Made by a program: the position numbers and the translations under genes. Below, piece by piece: positions 15,137-22,181 of a DNA stretch of 32,520 bases (its first letter is position 1; each line of letters opens with the position of its first letter). The stretch is taken from the NCBI GenBank assembly GCA_005777205.1, contig SXNB01000259.1, forward strand, positions 1 through 32,520, in the 5' to 3' direction. This stretch comes from Burkholderiales bacterium. GTDB lineage: Bacteria > Pseudomonadota > Gammaproteobacteria > Burkholderiales > SG8-39. The notes under the pieces were generated by a model. The model was not told where the DNA came from and did no database searches. It saw only the letters and a list, made by a program, of their open reading frames with translations.

Positions 15137-16360
15137 TTACTGGGAGGCCTGAGCAGACAACTTGCGCTGTGCGCGTGCCAGCGCGCGCATGCCGGGGCTC
15201 TGCCCGGCGTCGCTGGCCTTGCCGTTGGTGCCGGGCGCTTCGGGGCGAGGCGGCGCAGTGGCGCGCTTGCGCGCCGCCTCTGCCTCCGCCTTCAGGGCCG
15301 AGTTCTCGGCGCGCAGCGCGGGGAGTTCGGCGGCGGCCGCGGCCACGGCGTCATAGGACGCCAGCCGGTACGCCTGAGTCACCGACAGGTTCGGCGCCTT
15401 CGCCAGCGTGTCCAGGACACTCTGCTCGTGCGTACCGAAGTCGGGGATGTCCTTCTTCGCCGCGGTGAACTGCGTCCGCAACTCGTTCAGGCGCGCCTCG
15501 CGCTTGCCCTGCTCGGCGGCGCGCTGCTGCTCCGCCGACTGCTCCTTGCGGAAGCGTTCCAGCGCCCGATTCTCGATGAACGCCGCCATGTCCGCCGTGC
15601 TCTTGAACTCGGGCATCGCGCCCTCGTCCGCGGCCGGCGCCGGCGCGTCCCCGAAATGCACCTTCAGCCCCTTCTGCTGCGCCAGCTGCTGGATCACCAG
15701 CTGCGGCTCGGCTTCAAACCGTGCCGACAGTTCCACCAGCTCGCTGACAGCGCCAGGCTCTGCGCCGTGCTGGCGCATCGTCTGATTCAACACTCCCAGT
15801 TGATCGCGTTCACGGGCCAGGGATTCATTGGCTCGCGTAAGGCCGGCGCGCATGTTCTGGTACTGATCCATCACAAGCTTGCGGCCATCCTCCGGGAGCT
15901 TCGCGAAGCGCTCCCGGTCTGCCTGCGGCCAATCCTTCGGGGCCTCGGTGCTGCCGGCGCCGGCGTCGCCGGCCTCCGCGCCTGTCGCGCCTTCCTTCGG
16001 CTTGCCTTCGCCCGCCGCCCGGGTGCTCGCGCCGCCTTCCGCGCCATCGGCGCCAGCGGCGTCCGGTTTTGCAGGAGAAACGGCGGCCTGTCCGGCCGCG
16101 GTTGATGCAGAGGGTGTCGCCGCGGCGGGCGCGGCGGCGCCGGGCTTGCCCGGCTTGCTGCGCGCGGCGATCTTCGCCTGCGCAGTCTTCAGAGAATTCT
16201 GGGCCGCGTTGCCGATCGTCTCGGCCGGCTTCGCAGCGGGGGCGGCCGGAGCAGCCGTGGAACCAGCAGCCTGGCTTGCGCCAGCCGCCGTATCTACCGA
16301 AGCAGAAGCGCCGGCCGCGCCGGAGTTATCGCTACCGCCCTGATTTAGTGTTGTATTCAT
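15137..16360 (-). CDS. Scaffolding protein (407 aa)
   Basis: I take the ATG at 16360 as the start; the track's TTG at 16378 is less likely. The N-terminal half is Ala/Gly/Pro-rich and low in complexity. The C-terminal half is charged, Gln/Ala/Glu/Arg-rich and helical. It lies directly upstream of the capsid gene. Confidence 0.7.
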   Translation of the reverse strand: MNTTLNQGGSDNSGAAGASASVDTAAGASQAAGSTAAPAAPAAKPAETIGNAAQNSLKTAQAKIAARSKPGKPGAAAPAAATPSASTAAGQAAVSPAKPDAAGADGAEGGASTRAAGEGKPKEGATGAEAGDAGAGSTEAPKDWPQADRERFAKLPEDGRKLVMDQYQNMRAGLTRANESLARERDQLGVLNQTMRQHGAEPGAVSELVELSARFEAEPQLVIQQLAQQKGLKVHFGDAPAPAADEGAMPEFKSTADMAAFIENRALERFRKEQSAEQQRAAEQGKREARLNELRTQFTAAKKDIPDFGTHEQSVLDTLAKAPNLSVTQAYRLASYDAVAAAAAELPALRAENSALKAEAEAARKRATAPPRPEAPGTNGKASDAGQSPGMRALARAQRKLSAQASQ

Positions 16361-16496
16361 GGCAACTCTATACTCCAAAAAAAGCGCTCATACAAGCGCG
16401 ATTGAAAAAGGCCCGAGTTCCGCGTGGAACAGAGCGCCGACTAGTCCCCTTTGCCGTCTAATCTTTCCCCGACCAGGTTAGTCGTCATGCTGTCGC

Positions 16497-16781
16497 CTAA
16501 CCTGCGTTGGGCTGCGGGGCGAAGAGAATCTTGTCGGCCTCTTCGCGCCACGCTGCGCCGTGCTTGCCGTACATCGTCAGCATCCAATGTAGAGCGCACG
16601 CCTGCTCGTCTTCGGCCTTGCGCGCCGGGTCGTACAGGCCCAGTTCCTTAAGCCTCCAAGCCATGCGCGAAACAGCAAAGCAGGGGCGTCCGAGAATCCA
16701 CCGCACTTCTTCGTCCAGCGGCAGTGCGCCCAACAAGCTGTTCAACGCGACGGCCCCGCCAACCGGCGGTTGCTCACTCAT
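16497..16781 (-). CDS. Hypothetical protein (94 aa)
   Basis: The ATG at 16781 has AGGAG 6 nt upstream. Confidence 0.7.
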   Translation of the reverse strand: MSEQPPVGGAVALNSLLGALPLDEEVRWILGRPCFAVSRMAWRLKELGLYDPARKAEDEQACALHWMLTMYGKHGAAWREEADKILFAPQPNAG

Positions 16782-16816
16782 GGTTTTCTCCTTCGGGGCC
16801 GCGTGTTAACGCGGCG

Positions 16817-17050
16817 TTAGGCCTCATCGGGAAACTGCGGAATAACCTTGAACACTTTGGCCGTCACCGTGCCGATGCCAGCATCGGACAACCGGGCGTC
16901 AAACCGATTCCATGCCGTGTCCGCGCCTTTGCGCTGGGCGATGCACCGCGCCGAAGTCAACAAGTCTTCCAGCTCCAGCTCTCTAGCCGTCTTGGCGGTC
17001 GCCACTTGCGAGAGTTCGAGGTACAGCTTGTTGATCGTTTCCAGTTCCAT
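16817..17050 (-). CDS. Hypothetical protein (77 aa)
   Basis: The ATG at 17050 has AGGAG 6 nt upstream. Confidence 0.7.
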   Translation of the reverse strand: MELETINKLYLELSQVATAKTARELELEDLLTSARCIAQRKGADTAWNRFDARLSDAGIGTVTAKVFKVIPQFPDEA

Positions 17051-17063
17051 CGCTTGCTCCTAT

Positions 17064-17255
17064 CTAAAAAGATGCCTCAAGGCTCTCGCCCTTGATGGCA
17101 GTCCAAGTGCCCAGCCGCTTGTTCCATTTCGGCTGGCACTCGAACCAGTGCCAGGACCCGTTGGCATCCCTCGCCTTCCAGCGCGCCCACAGCGGCGCAC
17201 CGACATCGCGGGGCGATTTAGGGCCGCGCAGCGTCTCCAACGATCTATCCGCCAT
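17064..17255 (-). CDS. Hypothetical Trp-rich small protein (63 aa)
   Basis: The ATG at 17255 has GGAAGG 6 nt upstream. It overlaps the end of the Rz gene by 11 nt. Confidence 0.6.
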   Translation of the reverse strand: MADRSLETLRGPKSPRDVGAPLWARWKARDANGSWHWFECQPKWNKRLGTWTAIKGESLEASF

Positions 17256-17718
17256 TTTCAGCCTTCCACTGCTGAAACCCGCGATACCGATTCAGAAATT
17301 CGGTGCAGGTCGCAAGATCTCTTCCGACGGCCTCGGCGAAGGCTCGGTCTTCATCCGCTCGCGCTCCATCCGCATCGTCTCCAGCTCCGGAATCGGCCGC
17401 ATGAAGATCTGCGGCGCCGGCGGGCACTGGTGGATGATCTGCGGGCTCGCGCAGGCAGACAGAACGAACACGATGCACAACGCGCTCGACAACTGGGCGG
17501 TCCTGGTTCGATTGATCGACATAAGCGGTAACGGCCTCCTGGCCGGAGAGTGCGGATTCAGCCTGGCTTTCAAGCGCGAGCAGGCGCAGCTGCTGCCGCG
17601 CATCGGCGATGTCCTGCTGCGCAGCCTCCAGCCGCTCGGTCTGGATCCACACCGCCGCGGCGAGCCCGAAGGCCAGCGCCAGGCGCCAGTGCGCGAGCAA
17701 CCACAGCGGCGCGGTCAC
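17245..17718 (-). CDS. i-spanin (Rz-like, 157 aa)
   Basis: The GTG at 17718 forms a GTGA overlap with the upstream stop. It has an N-terminal TM helix (LWLLAHWRLALAFGLAAAVWI) followed by a coiled coil (ERLEAAQQDIADARQQLRLLALE). It contains an embedded lipoprotein ORF in another frame. Confidence 0.8.
   Translation of the reverse strand: MTAPLWLLAHWRLALAFGLAAAVWIQTERLEAAQQDIADARQQLRLLALESQAESALSGQEAVTAYVDQSNQDRPVVERVVHRVRSVCLREPADHPPVPAGAADLHAADSGAGDDADGARADEDRAFAEAVGRDLATCTEFLNRYRGFQQWKAENGG
17292..17522 (-). CDS. o-spanin (Rz1-like lipoprotein, 76 aa), fully embedded in the Rz gene in another frame
   Basis: The ATG at 17522 gives MSINRTRTAQLSSALCIVFVLSAC, with the lipobox L-S-A-C. The mature part is short and Pro-rich (CASPQIIHQCPPAPQIFMRPIPE...RPSEEILRPAPNF). 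Confidence 0.8.
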   Translation of the reverse strand: MSINRTRTAQLSSALCIVFVLSACASPQIIHQCPPAPQIFMRPIPELETMRMERERMKTEPSPRPSEEILRPAPNF

Positions 17719-18236
17719 AGAAAGCTCTCCGGAAAGTCACCAGTGCGGAGAACACGGGCCAGCGTCAGCGTGCGCTTGATCGCCACCGGATCATTGCCGG
17801 TCAGCTCGGCCCACTGGTGCAGGAACAGGATGTCATGCGCCGATTCGTAGTCCCTCGCCTCCATCGCGCGCCAGAAGTCGCGCTGCGCCAGGAGCACATC
17901 GGGGCCGAACAACATCGCGACATGCGCGATCACCACACCGCGGCCGACCGTCAGGTCCGACAGCGTCCACAGCCTCGGCCAGAGGATACGCATCACATCG
18001 CGCGCCTCCTCGGTCAGCTGCAGCTCGGCCACCGCCTTGGAGACGCCCACGCGGCTGATCTTCCAGAGCCATCCGGCCAGCCAGTCCTGCCCCTTCTGGA
18101 AAGGCTTCTCGTGGAACCGTTCGAGCTTCATGACTGACTTCACCAGGGCAGCCTCCGTCGCCTTGAACAATCGCTCCGCCCGCGCCGACACATCGCCGTC
18201 TTCGCGAACCTGGTAAGTCCGGCCCTCATCGTTCAT
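17715..18236 (-). CDS. Hypothetical 173-aa protein, possibly a degenerate GH24/T4-lysozyme-like protein
   Basis: The ATG is at 18236. Its motifs are collinear with T4 lysozyme: NDEG..Y....D (Glu-x8-Asp), AERLF..TEAALVKSV, and the C-terminal RTGDF. It lacks the TIGxGH beta-hairpin. See the findings. Confidence 0.6.
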   Translation of the reverse strand: MNDEGRTYQVREDGDVSARAERLFKATEAALVKSVMKLERFHEKPFQKGQDWLAGWLWKISRVGVSKAVAELQLTEEARDVMRILWPRLWTLSDLTVGRGVVIAHVAMLFGPDVLLAQRDFWRAMEARDYESAHDILFLHQWAELTGNDPVAIKRTLTLARVLRTGDFPESFL

Positions 18237-18453
18237 TCCTGCACCCGGAATCGCGGCGCTGCATGCTGTTCTTGAGATCCTGGATCTCGCGTTCCTGCGC
18301 GCGCGCCAAGGCCGCCGAGGCGGTCGCCAGCTCGCGTTCCATCCGGTTCGTGTAGCCCGCCACGATCGAGATCGCCACGGTCACCAGGAACGACACCACC
18401 GCCCAAGGCTGCGCCTGGATCGACCAGAACCGGTCCGCCGATCGCCGGCTCAT
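18226..18453 (-). CDS. Small single-TM protein (75 aa) in the lysis cassette. Candidate antiholin or lysis regulator.
   Basis: The ATG at 18453 forms an ATGA overlap with the upstream stop. The TM helix is WAVVSFLVTVAISIVAGY, followed by a charged helical tail. The track ORF extending to 18642 is an upstream extension that overlaps the holin gene. Confidence 0.6.
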   Translation of the reverse strand: MSRRSADRFWSIQAQPWAVVSFLVTVAISIVAGYTNRMERELATASAALARAQEREIQDLKNSMQRRDSGCRNER

Positions 18454-18677
18454 CGCAGATCCGCCTGCTTCCACAGCCGCAACAACGGGATCAGGACGGC
18501 CACCAACAGCTTGACCACCTGGTAGTGCGGGGACTCGACAAGCATGGAGGCCATCGGGATCTGCTCCACATGCGAGAAAATCAGATCCGCCATTTCGAGC
18601 ACAACCAGGAGCGCCGCCGCGCGCACCGAAAGAAACTTCCACCAGCTGCGCCAGTCCTCGATCAGCTTGTCGCTCAT
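18450..18677 (-). CDS. Holin or pinholin candidate (75 aa, two TM helices)
   Basis: The ATG at 18677 forms an ATGA overlap with the endolysin stop. The TM segments are FLSVRAAALLVVLEMADLIF and VVKLLVAVLIPLLRLW, followed by a charged C-terminus. Confidence 0.65.
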   Translation of the reverse strand: MSDKLIEDWRSWWKFLSVRAAALLVVLEMADLIFSHVEQIPMASMLVESPHYQVVKLLVAVLIPLLRLWKQADLR

Positions 18678-19207
18678 GCTGCCTCCCCGATCTTCACGCG
18701 CCCCTCGCAATAGGCCCGCTCTTCGTTGCGTCGTCGCACCAGCCCCGGAAGCTTCACCCCGCGCGCCGTCATCCACCCCTCGGTCAGCGCACGACAGCCC
18801 CCGGCGTAGTCGCCGCGGTTGAACCGCTGCCGGATCTGCGGCTGGCGCCCGTTCTTGAGCCAACAGAGCCCGTCCTTCACTCCCGCCCGCCCCGGCCCGA
18901 CGTTGAACGCGAACGACACCAGCGCGATGCGCTGGCCCTCGGTCAGAGGAACCGTGATGCAGCGATCGACGATCTCATTGGCCGCGTAAATGTCCTCCGC
19001 GAGCAGCTCCCGGCATTCCTCCAGCGTCTTGACCTGCCCGAGCTGGACGCCAGCGGTAGCGCCATAGCAGATCGTCGGGATCCCGACCGGATCGAGGTAA
19101 GCCGTCTTGCGCAGGCCTTCGTAGCCGCCGATGACGGCGACGGCGGTCGCCAAAATGGCAGCAAGCCGGCGGACGGACCTATTTTCCTGATGTTGCTTCC
19201 CGGTCAT
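18674..19207 (-). CDS. SAR endolysin (GH24 lysozyme with an N-terminal signal-anchor-release domain, 177 aa)
   Basis: The ATG is at 19207. A weakly hydrophobic Ala/Gly-rich N-terminal helix (RRLAAILATAVAVIGG) is directly followed by YEGLRKTAYLDPVGIPTICYG. This carries the catalytic spacing Glu30-x8-Asp39-x5-Thr45 typical of R21/P1 Lyz-type enzymes. Confidence 0.85.
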   Translation of the reverse strand: MTGKQHQENRSVRRLAAILATAVAVIGGYEGLRKTAYLDPVGIPTICYGATAGVQLGQVKTLEECRELLAEDIYAANEIVDRCITVPLTEGQRIALVSFAFNVGPGRAGVKDGLCWLKNGRQPQIRQRFNRGDYAGGCRALTEGWMTARGVKLPGLVRRRNEERAYCEGRVKIGEAA

Positions 19208-19213
19208 AGCCCG

Positions 19214-21871
19214 TCAAATCCCGTAAAACAGCTTATCCACACACGGCTGCATCAGCCCTCGCGCGCCGGTAGAGCCCGGATGCAGCCCATCATCCCATGC
19301 GCCCCAAAGATTGGATGAGGCGCGCGGCCCAAAGACAGCGCGAGCGTGGAAAAACTCTGTCTTGTTTTGGTTGGCGATATGAAGCTCATACCCTGCGATC
19401 GTGAAAGGCAGCAGATTTTCCGGGCTGATCGTCGAATTCTCTGGCGACGGCATGAGAACGATCACGGTATTAGGCGAGTCCGCCCACACCGCGTCCATAT
19501 ACGTCTGCAAGTTCGCCTTGAACGCAGTCGATCCGACCGATGCGACATCGTTGGTGCCGTCGATCAAGATGAGAACGTGCGGCAGCATCACGGACAGGTA
19601 GTCTCCAATAGCGGCTGAAATCGTCGCAAGGTTCGCGCTTGTCGCACCGCCGTTTCCGATCTTGCTGACTTCCACGCCGGCCACAGATCGGACTGCATAG
19701 GCGCCATAGATCACAGCGGTTCCGGCGTTCCCGGTCGTGTCGATCTCGATGGTGTGCGTGGTATCGGTTAGGCCAGAAATCAGAACCGAAGAAACCGCAT
19801 TCGTGCCGGCGCAGGAAATGGTAGTCCACGATCCGGAATCTGCCCTGTAGCGGAAAGTCCCCGTCGTATCGCGGTAGAAGATGCGAACCGACGTGGCCCG
19901 AAGATTCCCGATGGAGATAGTAGCGTCGGCGCGAGTGGTGGCAATCGCGAAGCCGTCAACACTCAGACCGTAGTCGTCGTAAATCCCGGTATAACCGGAG
20001 GCAGCCGCATCGCAAGTGATCCAGCCATCAGCCAAAGCGCCGGCATTGTTGCTCATGGAAGCACGCGGGAACTTCTGAAAAGTCACGCCGTCCATCTGCT
20101 GAACCGGCGGATCGTTGAGGGCGGTAAAGTCACTGTCAACGCTGATCCATCCATGACCGGACAGGCCGATGGCTTCGCCTAGAATGTCGCGAAGCCGTTG
20201 CGGGATCCACACGCGCTCTGCCCAGGAGTCGCCTGCAACTGCGATTTTTAGCGGCGCGGTGCCGCTCTCCTGCGCAGCCGCAGCGAAGCCACGTACCAGG
20301 TGCAGGTTCCGGCCATCTGAAGCTAGCGGGATGACGTTCGTTCTTCCGGCCTCCAACTCATTCAGCCGTGCGTCCAGAAGGGCAATGTCGTTCTTAACGC
20401 TCGGCTGGTAAGAAACCTTCAGCCGGAACTGCGGCCGGCCTGTTGCACCTAAAGGCGTTTCGCTTGATCCGACCGCGCCAGCGTTCAGGTATTGCGCCGA
20501 AGTGTCGGAAACAAACGTGGTCCTGCCGCCGCTGTTCTGAATGGCGACGCGGCCGTTTTTCGGAATGGAAAACGCAGTGAAGTCGACATCTGATGCACGC
20601 AGAGTAACTTGACCGGTAGCAGTCGCAGTAATAGTCGTCTGAGAGACATAGGCCAGAGTGCCGTCGTCGTTCTCGGAATAAACATAAACAACAAAATTCC
20701 CAGCAAGAGAAACGTCTAGCTCAATCTCCTCAACCACTTGCTGATCAAACAAATAATGGCCATTTCCGAATCGGATGAAGCCACCTGTCAGCGTAGAGCC
20801 AGAAGAAAATTCGGGCTCAAAAATTGCGGTTGCAGGCTCATATCCACCAAGCCGCTCAGAAACAGTTTTGTAGTCGATAGTCGTCTCGGTATAGGCGACA
20901 GCGATAGCAAGACGCGGGCGATTGCTGGTCGAACTGTATGCAACAGAAGCGCCACCGACGATAGTCGCAGAGAAAATGCCGCTGCCTAGTCCGGTCGTCA
21001 ACGCAATTTGTGCGCCGCCCGTAGCAGCAGAGTACGCAAACCGTTCTCCGGAATTGACTTCGACCGACAGCGCGGACAGATCGATGACGTTTGCGCCAAC
21101 TATCAAGCCTGTAAGGTTGGCGACGATAGTGTCGCTGAAGGGGCTGCTGCCGCCTGACAAGATGTGAAGCGCGCCGGTTCCATCACCAGCCACACGAATC
21201 CACAACAGAACTTTGGACAGCGGACCTGTTCTGGTGATGGCGACACCGCTTGACCATGTGTTGTTGACGCTCCCGGTATTTCCATCGGCTGGCGCCGGGC
21301 CGAATGTCTCCTCAAGATTGGTAACAATTACAGACTTCTCAAAACCGGAAAGGATGTGAGTGGAAAGTTCCGCCTCTGTACCTGTTGCCACGTCGAAAAG
21401 AAACACTTCATTCCCGGAAACCTTGCGGAAATAGGTAGGCCGGGTCAATTCATCCGTTTCGTTCGGAACAACAAGAAATGGAGCGCCTTCGGCAGTATCG
21501 GAAAGGCCTTGTGCGATATCGTCTTTTGGGTTGGCCGCAGCGAAAGCAATCTGGCTGTACGTCAGCGCGTTAGCTTCGCTTAGAGCTGCGGCCGCAGCGA
21601 GACCTTGAGCAACAGCCTTAGCGTCTTGACTGGCGGCCGCGTCGAGATGGGTTTGAGCGCGATCCGAAGCCGCGGCTACAGCGGCCGCCTGCGCCTCGTC
21701 GCGATACCCGGCGACCGTCTCGTCCACGATTGGCGCCACCAGCGGCGCGACCAGTTCGGCGACCTGCCCCGCGGTCGCGGCCTTGTCCTCTTCGCCGACA
21801 CGCACAAGGAGCTTGTCGTTCGCCGTCAGCGGGGAGGTCGGTGGATCCAGGTCATCGAGTGTCTTGCCCAT
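19214..21871 (-). CDS. Tail spike or fibre (885 aa) with a C-terminal SGNH/GDSL-type esterase domain
   Basis: The ATG is at 21871. The N-terminus is Ala-rich, high in GC and anchor-like. The middle holds two similar beta-rich modules (about aa 190-330 and 345-490). The SGNH blocks are AVAGDSWAE (aa 544-552), SKIGNGGAT (736-744), IDGTNDV (770-776) and WDDGLHPG (859-866). GC is visibly lower from about 19.3 to 21.5 kb. Confidence 0.8.
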   Translation of the reverse strand: MGKTLDDLDPPTSPLTANDKLLVRVGEEDKAATAGQVAELVAPLVAPIVDETVAGYRDEAQAAAVAAASDRAQTHLDAAASQDAKAVAQGLAAAAALSEANALTYSQIAFAAANPKDDIAQGLSDTAEGAPFLVVPNETDELTRPTYFRKVSGNEVFLFDVATGTEAELSTHILSGFEKSVIVTNLEETFGPAPADGNTGSVNNTWSSGVAITRTGPLSKVLLWIRVAGDGTGALHILSGGSSPFSDTIVANLTGLIVGANVIDLSALSVEVNSGERFAYSAATGGAQIALTTGLGSGIFSATIVGGASVAYSSTSNRPRLAIAVAYTETTIDYKTVSERLGGYEPATAIFEPEFSSGSTLTGGFIRFGNGHYLFDQQVVEEIELDVSLAGNFVVYVYSENDDGTLAYVSQTTITATATGQVTLRASDVDFTAFSIPKNGRVAIQNSGGRTTFVSDTSAQYLNAGAVGSSETPLGATGRPQFRLKVSYQPSVKNDIALLDARLNELEAGRTNVIPLASDGRNLHLVRGFAAAAQESGTAPLKIAVAGDSWAERVWIPQRLRDILGEAIGLSGHGWISVDSDFTALNDPPVQQMDGVTFQKFPRASMSNNAGALADGWITCDAAASGYTGIYDDYGLSVDGFAIATTRADATISIGNLRATSVRIFYRDTTGTFRYRADSGSWTTISCAGTNAVSSVLISGLTDTTHTIEIDTTGNAGTAVIYGAYAVRSVAGVEVSKIGNGGATSANLATISAAIGDYLSVMLPHVLILIDGTNDVASVGSTAFKANLQTYMDAVWADSPNTVIVLMPSPENSTISPENLLPFTIAGYELHIANQNKTEFFHARAVFGPRASSNLWGAWDDGLHPGSTGARGLMQPCVDKLFYGI

Positions 21872-21881
21872 GCCCGCGCCC

Positions 21882-22181
21882 CTAGTACGCGCCGATCACA
21901 ACGGCGCCGGCGCTCTCAGCGATGCGCAGGCGGAAGGTTCCCGGCGTGTCCAGCGAGATCGCAGGATCCGAAACATTCAACTTGGCGAGGTTGACCCACA
22001 ACGCGTCGGCGGCCTGCGCCGGATCGTCCACCTCGTCAGTCAGGATTTCGAGATCCACTTCTTCCTCGCCGGCGAGGCCGCGCACGAACAGCGTCTGGAC
22101 CTCGCCCGGCCCGACGAAAAACGCGGCGGACAATGGCGCTGCGACAGCGCCCTCGGATCGAATCAGGATGCTGGGCTTCAT
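21882..22181 (-). CDS. Hypothetical protein (99 aa) coupled to the portal gene
   Basis: The ATG at 22181 forms an ATGA overlap with the portal stop. Confidence 0.65.
   Translation of the reverse strand: MKPSILIRSEGAVAAPLSAAFFVGPGEVQTLFVRGLAGEEEVDLEILTDEVDDPAQAADALWVNLAKLNVSDPAISLDTPGTFRLRIAESAGAVVIGAY

Noticed and set aside
16379-16496. A short hairpin with a T-run (GCGCT-tgtatg-AGCGC-TTTTTTT on the minus strand, about 16391-16415) just upstream of the scaffold gene, considered as a terminator
   Set aside because: The stem is only 5 bp and sits inside a co-directional operon directly before the scaffold ribosome-binding site. It could be a weak attenuator, but the evidence is too thin to report as a feature.
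12420-21871. Diversity-generating retroelement (VR/TR pair plus reverse transcriptase) associated with the tail-fibre genes
   Set aside because: No reverse-transcriptase-like ORF is present in the window. I did not notice a duplicated ~100-bp segment matching the 3' end of either fibre gene. I did this check by eye only, so a computational self-dot-plot would be needed to exclude it firmly.
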